Below are positions 20,112-29,880 of a stretch of 64,000 nt of DNA, one piece after another. Origin of the DNA: Nitrospirota bacterium. Lineage in GTDB: Bacteria; Nitrospirota; Thermodesulfovibrionia; Thermodesulfovibrionales; JdFR-86. The translations under genes and the position numbers were made by a program. The notes under the pieces are model-generated. The model did no database searches. It was given only the letters and a program-made list of their open reading frames with translations, and was not told where the DNA came from. Numbering within the stretch: the stretch's first letter is position 1; the number at the start of each line of letters is the position of its first letter. The stretch covers positions 832,001-896,000 of the forward strand of contig CAVRJY010000001.1 of assembly GCA_963721805.1 (NCBI GenBank), read 5' to 3'.

Positions 20112-21479
20112 ATGTTTAAGAAGACCAGATACTGGGCGCTGCCATTCGTAGTCGCCTTGTTCGCCGCGGCCATCCTGATGGGCCGCCTCGCGGCCGCGGA
20201 CGTAAGGGCCGGGGACACCACTTACGAACGGCTCAAGCTCTTCACCGAGGTCCTCTCGGTCGTGCAGCAGAACTACGTCGAGCCCGTCGACGACAAGACC
20301 CTCATCTATGACGCCATAAACGGCATGCTCCGCTCCCTCGACCCGCACTCGGCCTTCATGACCCCGGAGTCCTACAAGGAGATGCAGGTCGACACGAAGG
20401 GCGAGTTCGGCGGCTTAGGCATCCAGATCTCGATCAAAAACAGCATCCTGACCGTAATCGCGCCGATCGACGACACGCCGGCCGCGCGCGCCGGGATCAT
20501 GGCCGGAGACCGCATAGTGAAGATCAACGGCGAGTACACGGACAAGCTCACGCTGCAGGACGCGGTCGAGAAGATGCGCGGCAAGCCCGGCACCCCCGTG
20601 ACGCTCTCGATCATGCGCGAGGGCTTCAAGGAGCTGCGCGACTACACGATAGTGCGCGACATAATAGTCATAAAGAGCGTCAAGAGCAGGATGCTCGACA
20701 ATAACATCGGCTACATCAAGCTCAGCGCGTTCAACGAAAAGAGCGCCGGGGAGGCAGAGCATGCCCTCAAGGAACTCTCGGACAAGAAGATGACCGCGTT
20801 TATCCTGGATTTGAGGAACAACCCCGGAGGGCTGCTCAAGAGCGCCATCGACATCTCGGACATGTTCCTGCCCGCAAACACGCTGGTCGTCTTCACGAAG
20901 TCCAGAAGCGGCGAGCGCGTCGAGTACAAGACGCGGGCCGGCTCGCAGATACCGCAGATCCCGATGGTCGTGCTCGTAAACCCTGGCAGCGCCAGCGCCT
21001 CGGAGATCGTGGCCGGCGCGCTCAAGGACTGGAAGCGCGCGGTGATAGTGGGCGAGACGACCTTCGGCAAGGGCTCGGTCCAGAGCGTCATCCCGCTCAG
21101 CGACGGAGCCGCGCTGCGCCTGACGACGTCGAAATACTACACGCCCAACGGCGAGTCGATCCAGAACACCGGGATCACGCCCGACATAGTCGTTAAGCTC
21201 AAGAGTTCGGGCGAGAACAAGCCGCACCCGATAATGCGCGAGAAGGACTTGACGGGCCACCTCGATAACGAGCAGGTCGACGGCAAGGTGCAGAAGCCCG
21301 AGGTCAAGACGCCGGAGAAGGGCGCCGCGCCCGAGGAGGAAGAGGAGGCCGTGATGGCCCCGAAGGACGACAAGGACGACAACCAGCTCCAGCGCGCCAT
21401 CGACCTGCTGAAGACCTGGGAGATATTCAAGAAGCTCCCGGACGTCACGGCAGGCGCGGCCCCGGCGGCTGCAAAGTAA
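20112..21479 (+). CDS. ctpA: Carboxy-terminal processing protease (S41)
   Basis: LDPHS, PDZ GGLGI, DLRNNPGG, SASASEI, TFGKGSVQ. Confidence 0.93.
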   Translation: MFKKTRYWALPFVVALFAAAILMGRLAAADVRAGDTTYERLKLFTEVLSVVQQNYVEPVDDKTLIYDAINGMLRSLDPHSAFMTPESYKEMQVDTKGEFGGLGIQISIKNSILTVIAPIDDTPAARAGIMAGDRIVKINGEYTDKLTLQDAVEKMRGKPGTPVTLSIMREGFKELRDYTIVRDIIVIKSVKSRMLDNNIGYIKLSAFNEKSAGEAEHALKELSDKKMTAFILDLRNNPGGLLKSAIDISDMFLPANTLVVFTKSRSGERVEYKTRAGSQIPQIPMVVLVNPGSASASEIVAGALKDWKRAVIVGETTFGKGSVQSVIPLSDGAALRLTTSKYYTPNGESIQNTGITPDIVVKLKSSGENKPHPIMREKDLTGHLDNEQVDGKVQKPEVKTPEKGAAPEEEEEAVMAPKDDKDDNQLQRAIDLLKTWEIFKKLPDVTAGAAPAAAK

Positions 21480-21481
21480 TA

Positions 21482-22156
21482 TTGCCGCCAAGACGGCTCG
21501 TAATTGACATAGAAACCAGCGGCGCCCTGCTTGAGGACCTCGACGAGGGACTCAGGCAGGGCCTGCTGAAAAAGGCCGAGACCCCGGAGGACATAGACAA
21601 GATCCGCCGCGAGACCGGCCTGAACCCCGTCACAGGCGAGGTCATCGCCATCGGCACCTTCGACCCCGACCTGCGGCGCGGCACCGTCCTTTACCAGGCC
21701 CCCGGAGAGCTCCCGCTTACGACCGAGGAGGAGGGCATGCGCTACGTCTCGGGCTCCGAGGCCGAGATCCTGCGCGCTTTCTGGGACGAGGTCAGGGGCG
21801 TAAAGACCGTGGTGACCTTCAACGGCCGCGGCTTCGACGGGCCGTTTCTGATCATCCGCTCCGCGGTGCACCGCATCAAGCCCACGCGCGACCTCATGCC
21901 CAACCGGTACTCCGACGACCACGTAGACCTCTTCGACCGGCTCTCGTTTTTCAGCGCGACGCAGCGCCGGTTCGGGCTCGACATCTGGTGCCGGGCGCTG
22001 GGCATAGCTAGCCCCAAGGACGCGGGCATATGCGGGGCCGAGGTCGGCGACGCCTTCCGCGCCGGGCGTCACCTCGACATAGCCCGCTACTGCGGCCGCG
22101 ACATCCTCGCCACGGCCGAGCTTTACGCAGTCTGGGAGAAATTCATCAAATCGTAA
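21482..22156 (+). CDS. Stand-alone PolB-like 3'-5' exonuclease (DEDDy, RNase H fold)
   Basis: VIDIET, TFNGRGFD, HVDL, YCGRD exonuclease motifs; TTG start. Confidence 0.8.
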   Translation: MPPRRLVIDIETSGALLEDLDEGLRQGLLKKAETPEDIDKIRRETGLNPVTGEVIAIGTFDPDLRRGTVLYQAPGELPLTTEEEGMRYVSGSEAEILRAFWDEVRGVKTVVTFNGRGFDGPFLIIRSAVHRIKPTRDLMPNRYSDDHVDLFDRLSFFSATQRRFGLDIWCRALGIASPKDAGICGAEVGDAFRAGRHLDIARYCGRDILATAELYAVWEKFIKS

Positions 22157-22185
22157 GCTCCGCCACGCCGTGATATAATCTTTCC

Positions 22186-22779
22186 ATGAATGAGTTTCTG
22201 CACGCGCTGCCCAACACGTTCATCCCGATCTTCGTAGCCATGGACCCGTTTATCATAGTGCCGGTCTTCGTCTCGCTGACCGAGGGGATTAGCGCGAAGT
22301 CCCGTGACCACGTGGTGAACACCTCGGCCGTCACCGCCCTTACGGTGAGCCTGATCTTCACGATGGGCGGAAGCGCGCTTTTCAGGGTGATGGGCATCAC
22401 GGTATTCGACTTCAAGGTCGCGGGGGGGCTAGTGCTGCTCGTGATCGCGATACTCGACCTCGTGAGCACGGGGGCGAAGGCCGCGACCCGAAACTCTGAG
22501 CACGCCGGGGTGGTGCCGATAGGGGTGCCGCTGATCGTCGGGCCCGCGGTGCTCACGACGATCATAGTGCTGATGGACAACCAGGGGCTTGTCCTGACCG
22601 TGACCTCGCTCGTGCTCAATATCCTTATCGTATGGATCGCGATGAAGAGCGCGAAGGCTATCGTGAGGTTCATGGGCATAAACAGCATGAAGGCTATTTC
22701 AAAAATCATGGCCATTATGCTGGCGTCGCTCGCGGTGATGATGATTCGATTGGGCATCGCTGGCATGACCGGGCACTAG
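22186..22779 (+). CDS. MarC family membrane protein
   Basis: FVAMDPF, VAGGLVL, VVPIGVPLIVGPA. Confidence 0.9.
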   Translation: MNEFLHALPNTFIPIFVAMDPFIIVPVFVSLTEGISAKSRDHVVNTSAVTALTVSLIFTMGGSALFRVMGITVFDFKVAGGLVLLVIAILDLVSTGAKAATRNSEHAGVVPIGVPLIVGPAVLTTIIVLMDNQGLVLTVTSLVLNILIVWIAMKSAKAIVRFMGINSMKAISKIMAIMLASLAVMMIRLGIAGMTGH

Positions 22780-22810
22780 GTGGAAGTCGTCCATTATCGA
22801 GAGCCATTGG

Positions 22811-22933
22811 AAAGCCGCGCTAAATTGGCTGATACGTTGTCGCGGCTTCGGAATCCGTCCTCGATGTACGCCCAAGTACACCGTCGGACGTCTTCCTCGC
22901 CGCTCCTAGTCTGAGTCTAATTTATCGCGCTTT
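22811..22933 (+). repeat. 123-bp imperfect palindromic repeat, copy 2 (followed by a small hairpin at 22944-22973)
   Basis: Shares GATACGTTGTC, GTAC..GTACACC, CCTAGTCTGA and CGCGCTTT with the other copies. Confidence 0.9.
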
Positions 22934-23021
22934 GATGTGGCCGATGCCTGATCGTGCGAGCGGTCAACGGCATTGATAGGAGCGGGCCAGCTACGACTCC
23001 ACTTTGCTTTATCAGTGAACC

Positions 23022-23786
23022 TTATTGATTAAATTCGGTTTGTTCCAATGCTAAGCGCTTTTCAATTTCAATAAGTGCTTCCGACAAAGATAAATTATAA
23101 AATCCATCAGTTTCTTTGAGCGCTGTTAACATTAAGTCGCATGCCACTAGTAAATATAGTGACCTGTCTTCCTGATAAGGGAAAAAAGTAAATACGACAG
23201 GTTTGTTTGTTCCGCTGAGAATTAGATGTTCAATAGTCTTAGGTTTAACATGCACCACTTCAGAAAGGATACGATAAACGTGTTGATACCAATCATTCAT
23301 CTCAACCTTTTTAGCCAGCCATTCTGTCGAAATCCCTTGTTCTTTAGTTTCTTTAGCCACTGATAGTAGCATTGGCTTTAACTCAAATTCTTCATCTGGA
23401 AATAAATCAGGATGATCCTTCATAACATTCCCCATCTTTTTTTGACATGCCTCATGAGACTTCAAATATTTGTCAGCAAATGTTTCATCGTTTAGATTTG
23501 CTTTCAATAAAATTATGATTTCGAATAAATGCCTTAATAGAATTTGTATCTCAGCATTAAGTTGATACTCACCCAACTTGTAGAGACCTTTAAAAGTATT
23601 CATTGCTTTAATAAGAAAACCTAACGAATAAATATTGCGTGGATTAAGGTTGTCAGAATTGATTGCGGATCCGACTGCGGTAATGGCTTTCTCGCATATT
23701 TCGAAGAGTTTCTTGTATAAGTCTATGAGTTCGGGACTAATATCCCCATAGCCATATTTACTGTCAATCGAGACATCATTATCCAT
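23022..23786 (-). CDS. DUF5677-like (HEPN-related) hypothetical protein, AT-rich
   Basis: ILLRHLFE and YQHVYRILSEVVH patterns; very AT-rich. Confidence 0.65.
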   Translation of the reverse strand: MDNDVSIDSKYGYGDISPELIDLYKKLFEICEKAITAVGSAINSDNLNPRNIYSLGFLIKAMNTFKGLYKLGEYQLNAEIQILLRHLFEIIILLKANLNDETFADKYLKSHEACQKKMGNVMKDHPDLFPDEEFELKPMLLSVAKETKEQGISTEWLAKKVEMNDWYQHVYRILSEVVHVKPKTIEHLILSGTNKPVVFTFFPYQEDRSLYLLVACDLMLTALKETDGFYNLSLSEALIEIEKRLALEQTEFNQ

Positions 23787-23967
23787 GATCTATTATAGGT
23801 TATTGCGTGCAACAATGTTCCGCTAATAGCCGCCTCAGGCAAGCCCGGCGAAGCGTTCCGAAGTATTTATCGGGTAATGGATTGCCCGCAATCGGATGTT
23901 CCGGGGTCACGGACCCTATTCTTTAAGAAGGGGGCCAGTCGGCACCGCGGTCGTGGTATAATTGCCC

Positions 23968-24264
23968 ATGGCCAGGTCACTTAAAGAGATAAAAAGCGCC
24001 ATAGTGCGGCATAGGGCCGAACTCAGGAGCGTATACAAGATCAAGGACATCGCGCTCTTCGGCTCATACGCGCGCGGCGAGCAGAAAAAAAACAGCGACA
24101 TGGACCTGCTCGCGGACTTCACCGGTCCGATAGGTCTCATAGAATTGGTGGGGGCCGAGCAGTACCTGAGCAAAATCCTCAAGGCGAAGGTCGACCTTAT
24201 CCCGAGGCGCGACGTGCGGCCGGAACTCAGGGCAGGAATACTTAAAGACTCCGTTTCGCTATGA
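23968..24264 (+). CDS. Minimal nucleotidyltransferase antitoxin (MntA type)
   Basis: FGSYARGEQKKNSDMD (GSx10DxD), KVDL. Confidence 0.9.
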   Translation: MARSLKEIKSAIVRHRAELRSVYKIKDIALFGSYARGEQKKNSDMDLLADFTGPIGLIELVGAEQYLSKILKAKVDLIPRRDVRPELRAGILKDSVSL

Positions 24265-24608
24265 ACCGCGACCACGGCCTGTTTATCAAAGATATCCTCG
24301 ATAACATGGAGCGTGCCGAAGCTTTCATCAGCGGCATGACCTACAGGGAATTCTCAAAAGATATAAAGACCGCATACGCAGTAGTGAGATGCCTTGAGAT
24401 AATCGGCGAGGCCGTAAAGAACATTCCCCAGCCGGTCAGAAAACGATACCCCGAAATCCCGTGGAAAGAGATGGCCGGGATGCGGGACAAGGTGATCCAT
24501 TTTTATTTCGGAGTGAAGTTCAAGACCGTTTGGACTACCGCCAAAAAGGACATCCCCAAGCTTAAGCCGCTCATATTGAAGATCAAAGAAGACCTGTCCG
24601 AAGTCTAA
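24261..24608 (+). CDS. HepT/DUF86 HEPN RNase toxin
   Basis: LEIIGEA, IPW, RDKVIHFY (Rx4HxY); ATGA overlap with the MNT gene. Confidence 0.92.
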   Translation: MNRDHGLFIKDILDNMERAEAFISGMTYREFSKDIKTAYAVVRCLEIIGEAVKNIPQPVRKRYPEIPWKEMAGMRDKVIHFYFGVKFKTVWTTAKKDIPKLKPLILKIKEDLSEV

Positions 24609-24813
24609 GACTAACTAAAGTTAATCGTAAGTTAATAGAAAACGCACGGGGATCAAATTATTTATCAACTCCGGTTTATATATAAACATTAGTTCCATGG
24701 ACTTTTCGGATTCGATGTGATTCAATACGGGATGATGTACATATGCTTATTTTTGAGAGTGTGTAAATCGCTGAGCGGCGGCTCGGAAAATGTCTTTGAG
24801 CACCCGGCTGGCG

Positions 24814-24999
24814 CATCCGAACAAACGGCCGGATTTGGGGGTAAAACATCCGAACATCCGAACACGGATAAAACAAAAAAGATAGGCAAATCACCATCTT
24901 ATGATCTGTTTTGCGCCCAACATCCGAACAAAAAAGGACAAAAACGCGCGCGCACGCGCGCGGAATGCATAACTATACCTAAGCGAGCGCATCCGAACA
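24814..24999 (+). repeat. Cluster of five CATCCGAACA direct repeats
   Basis: Exact copies at 24814, 24847, 24855 (overlapping the previous), 24921 and 24990. Confidence 0.85.
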
Positions 25000-25037
25000 C
25001 GCCTTTGACCGCTCGCACGATTAGGCATGTGAAACTT

Positions 25038-25160
25038 AAAGCGCGAGAAATCAGCGTCAGACTAGGAACGGCGAGGAAAACGTCCGAGGGTGTACTGAGA
25101 TGTACATTGAGGACGGATTTCCGAGTCGTGACAACGTATCACGCGATTTGGCGCGACTTT
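25038..25160 (-). repeat. 123-bp imperfect palindromic repeat, copy 3 (inverted; small hairpin at 24999-25028)
   Basis: Reverse complement aligns end-to-end with copies 1 and 2. Confidence 0.9.
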
Positions 25161-25221
25161 CTGCCCTCTTACTATTATTTACGGAATTTGATAGTATATG
25201 GGTGTAGATAGGGGGTAGACC

Positions 25222-25863
25222 GTGATCGGTGCCGAGCTGGACATAACCTCCAACGACCTCAACGTGCTCATGAACGCCGTGAGCCAGGCCCAGAAGTCGC
25301 TGAAGGGCGCGGTGCAGGATGCCGCGGTCACTGCGTCCGGTTCCGTCACCGGGGCGGCCGCCTCAAAGCCGCCACCCACTGCCGCCACGACCATCGGCAG
25401 CACTCAGGAAGAACGCGCTATAGCGCTCGAGATACAACAACTCCAGCAGCGCGAGAAGGCCGTCATCGCGCACGAGCAGGCCCACATAGCCGTCGGTGGC
25501 CAGTACGCCGGCCCGGCCAGCTATTCATACACCCTCGGCCCGGATAAGAAGGACTACATCTCCGGCGGCGAGGTCTCGATAGACGTCTCGGACGAGAGCA
25601 CCCCTCAAAAGACTATCCCGAAGATGCAGCAGGTCCGCGCGGCCGCGCTCGCCCCGATGGACCCCTCAGCGCAGGATATGTCGGTGGCCGCCACCGCGAC
25701 GCAGAAAGAGGCTGATGCGCAGCGGGAGGTCTACGCCGAGCAGATGGAGTCCGCGCAGCAGGCCGAGGCCGGTCAAAAGGGGAATTCGATCCTATCCGGC
25801 ATCTACGGCAGTGCGTCCCCGGGTTCAGCGCCGGCCGGGGCCTCGGTTTCGGTCTACGCTTAG
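25222..25863 (+). CDS. SprA-related / putative metalloprotease CJM1_0395 family
   Basis: VIAHEQAH, GPD..Y..GGEVSID, AALAPMDPSAQD. Confidence 0.8.
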   Translation: MIGAELDITSNDLNVLMNAVSQAQKSLKGAVQDAAVTASGSVTGAAASKPPPTAATTIGSTQEERAIALEIQQLQQREKAVIAHEQAHIAVGGQYAGPASYSYTLGPDKKDYISGGEVSIDVSDESTPQKTIPKMQQVRAAALAPMDPSAQDMSVAATATQKEADAQREVYAEQMESAQQAEAGQKGNSILSGIYGSASPGSAPAGASVSVYA

Positions 25864-25873
25864 GCCCCGCTGA

Positions 25874-26209
25874 TCACACTATGCCCGCGCCGCCTTCGAG
25901 GTATTCCTTCAGCTGGTCTATGGGCCTGGGGAGCCCGGCCACCTTGTATGCGACGAGCGGCTCAATGAACTTTTCGGCCAGGCAGTCCTTGGGCTCGTGG
26001 ATGTTCCGGCAGACGTGGCCCAGGATCGGGAAGAAGTCGTATTTCATGTAGTAGTCCCTGAGGAACCTGATGATCTCCATCATGTCCGGCTTTAGCTCTT
26101 CGATGCCCGCCCGCTCGGCCAGGGCGCATGCGACCTTCTCGTTCCATTCGGCCGGGTCGATCAGGTATCCCTCGTTGTCGATGCGTATCTCCTGCTGCGC
26201 CTGCGCCAT
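25874..26209 (-). CDS. TusE/DsrC-fold protein lacking the C-terminal cysteines
   Basis: DNEGYL.DP..WN, FLRDYY, KVAGLPRP; SD GAGGAGG before MAQAQ. Confidence 0.8.
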   Translation of the reverse strand: MAQAQQEIRIDNEGYLIDPAEWNEKVACALAERAGIEELKPDMMEIIRFLRDYYMKYDFFPILGHVCRNIHEPKDCLAEKFIEPLVAYKVAGLPRPIDQLKEYLEGGAGIV

Positions 26210-26309
26210 GTCGTCCTCCTCTGAGCCCGATGGTATCGCTATGCTCAAGAATTATCACAGAACGCCGGGGCTGTCAATCGGCAGGGGGCCGCTGCATGCG
26301 CGCTGCGGT

Positions 26310-26711
26310 TCAGCCGCGCTCGATCTCGATCTCCCGCTCGTCGCCGCCCGCGAACTCGATCCGCACCCTGATGGCGCCATCGAGGCTGATGCGCTCGGCC
26401 CACTCGATCACGGCTATGCCGCCGCTGCTGAGCACGTCGTATATGCCTGTGCTCTCTATGTCGTCCTCCCCGCTGATCCTGTAGAGGTCGACGTGGTAGA
26501 GCGGCGGGGTGGTGGGGTATTCGGCGATCACGGTGAAGCTTGCGCTGATTACGTCGCGGGGGTCCATGCCGAGGGACGAGGCGATGCCTTTTACGAACGT
26601 GGTCTTGCCAGCGCCGAGCTCGCCGTAGAGGCAGACGATGTCCCCGGGCCGGAGCGATGCCCCGAGGGCCGCGCCGGCAGCCTGGGTCTCCTCAGGCCCT
26701 CGCGCCCTCAC
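26310..26711 (-). CDS. tsaE: t6A biosynthesis ATPase TsaE
   Basis: GELGAGKTT, HVDLYR, IEWAE. Confidence 0.92.
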   Translation of the reverse strand: MRARGPEETQAAGAALGASLRPGDIVCLYGELGAGKTTFVKGIASSLGMDPRDVISASFTVIAEYPTTPPLYHVDLYRISGEDDIESTGIYDVLSSGGIAVIEWAERISLDGAIRVRIEFAGGDEREIEIERG

Positions 26712-27156
26712 CGCCGAGCCCCTTTACGATGTCGTGGCGGCTTACGAGCCCGACGACCTTCCCGTCCCTCACGACCGGCAGCAGGATCAGGTTGCGCTCG
26801 GCCATTATGGTAGAGATCTCGTCAAGCGGGGTATCGTCGCGTATCGAGACGACCTGCCGCGTGCAGATGTCCGAGACCGTGGCGGCGGCCATCTTCCTGA
26901 GCTCGTTGTCGAGGGCCTTGGTGCCTTCGAGCGTTATGAAGGCGTCGAAGATGCGTATGACCGTAGGTATGTGCAGGCGCTTGCTGCGGCTGATGAGGTC
27001 GTACTCCGTCACCATCCCGATGAGCTTCCCGTCCGGGTCGAGCACCGGTGCGCCGGTGAGGTCCTTCTCTATGAACAGCCGGCCGAGGGCCTCGACCGTG
27101 GTCGATGGCGCTACGGCAGTGAACTCATTCTGCATGATGTCGGCGGCCTTGAGCAT
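26692..27156 (-). CDS. CBS-pair domain protein
   Basis: AADIM, GAPVLD..GKLIGMVTE.DL, LPVV..GKVVGLVSR.D; start MLKAAD after SD AAGGAG. Confidence 0.88.
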   Translation of the reverse strand: MLKAADIMQNEFTAVAPSTTVEALGRLFIEKDLTGAPVLDPDGKLIGMVTEYDLISRSKRLHIPTVIRIFDAFITLEGTKALDNELRKMAAATVSDICTRQVVSIRDDTPLDEISTIMAERNLILLPVVRDGKVVGLVSRHDIVKGLGGEGARA

Positions 27157-27164
27157 ATGTCTCC

Positions 27165-27845
27165 TTATGGCATCCCTATGTATCCGCCCTGGCGCCGCTT
27201 GGCCGCCGGGCTGTCCGGCCCGCCGTGCTTGAGGGCGTAGCGGTAGGAGTAGTAGCGCTCGGGGAAGCAGTAGGTGCATTCCTCGATGATGCTGATGTTG
27301 CGCTCCGGCACGCCCAGCGAGAGGGCCTGCAGCTTGTTCGCGCTCTGGAGGTCGAGGCAGTATTTGCCAGCCTTCTTCGGCTTGAAGTACTCGCCTTCCT
27401 TGCCGGTCTCTTTCGAGACGGCGTCTATGACCTCGCGGCCGACCTCGTAGCAGCACCAGCGGATTGAGGGCCCCATGCTGATGAGCAGGTCCTCCGGGTC
27501 GGTGCCGAACGCGGCCTGCATCTCGGCGATGGTCTTTTTGAGTATGCCAGCGGCGGTGCCCCGCCATCCGGCATGTGCGGCGCCTATCGCGAGGCCGACC
27601 TTGTCGTACAGGAGTATCGGCACGCAGTCGGCAGTCTTAATGCCGAGCAGGACGTCGCGGCGCCGCGTGATGACAGCGTCGCCCACCGCGGGCTTGGTCT
27701 TCTCCTTAAGGTGGATGACCGTGTCCGTGTGCTTTTGGACCGGATAGTAGACGCGCCTGCCCGTGATGCCCTCCACCTCAAGGCCAATGTCCTTGCCGGT
27801 GAAGAACGCCATCGCGAAGCCGTCGAATATTTCGGGATATATCAT
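27165..27845 (-). CDS. pgeF: PgeF/YfiH laccase-domain nucleoside-editing enzyme
   Basis: QKH, TADCVP, HAGWRG, YSYR. Confidence 0.9.
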   Translation of the reverse strand: MIYPEIFDGFAMAFFTGKDIGLEVEGITGRRVYYPVQKHTDTVIHLKEKTKPAVGDAVITRRRDVLLGIKTADCVPILLYDKVGLAIGAAHAGWRGTAAGILKKTIAEMQAAFGTDPEDLLISMGPSIRWCCYEVGREVIDAVSKETGKEGEYFKPKKAGKYCLDLQSANKLQALSLGVPERNISIIEECTYCFPERYYSYRYALKHGGPDSPAAKRRQGGYIGMP

Positions 27846-27850
27846 CGGCC

Positions 27851-29377
<1,527 letters not shown>

Positions 29378-29456
29378 GCGCCTCCCCTTGACATCCGAAT
29401 TATATCACGATACGCGGAACTTGCCACCTGCTGCGTCTCGGTATATCCTAATGGCA

Positions 29457-29870
29457 ATGGGATATGAATTCTTGGACCTATCGGGCGACGCCGGGGTGCG
29501 GGCCACGGGCGAGGATCTCAGAGAGGCGTTTCAGGAGGCCGCACTGGGGATGTACGCCCTGATCGCGCCGCCTGAGAGCGTGCGGCCCGAGCGCGAGGTC
29601 AGGGTCGCGGTCGAGGCCGATACCCCGGAGGGCCTGCTCGTAAGGTTCCTCAATGAGCTGGTATTCCTTTTCGACGCCCGCGGGTTCATCGGCAGCGGCG
29701 TCCGCATAGGCCGCATGGACGCCCAGAGCCTTTGCGCCACGATTGCGGGGCAGGATTTCGACGAGGGCGAGCACGGGGGCGGGCTGCTGATCAAGGCCGC
29801 GACGTACCACGGCCTGCGCATCTCGTGCGAACGCAAGGGGTGCGTCGTAGAGGTGATGTTCGACATATGA
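29457..29870 (+). CDS. Archease
   Basis: YEFLD..GD, IKAATYH, C-terminal FDI; directly upstream of rtcB; start 29451 or 29457. Confidence 0.88.
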   Translation: MGYEFLDLSGDAGVRATGEDLREAFQEAALGMYALIAPPESVRPEREVRVAVEADTPEGLLVRFLNELVFLFDARGFIGSGVRIGRMDAQSLCATIAGQDFDEGEHGGGLLIKAATYHGLRISCERKGCVVEVMFDI

Positions 29871-29880
29871 TGGAGGCTCT

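Noticed and set aside
24814..24999. CATCCGAACA repeats as a CRISPR array
   Set aside because: Repeats are only 10 bp, spacing is irregular (8-69 bp start to start) and no cas genes are present
14338..25160. 123-bp hairpins as canonical integron attC sites
   Set aside because: No RYYYAAC/GTTRRRY termini, copies are not in a same-orientation tandem array, and no intI is in the window
24717..25211. 164-aa plus-strand ORF
   Set aside because: Made of the 10-mer repeats and hairpin copy 3; no SD or family motif
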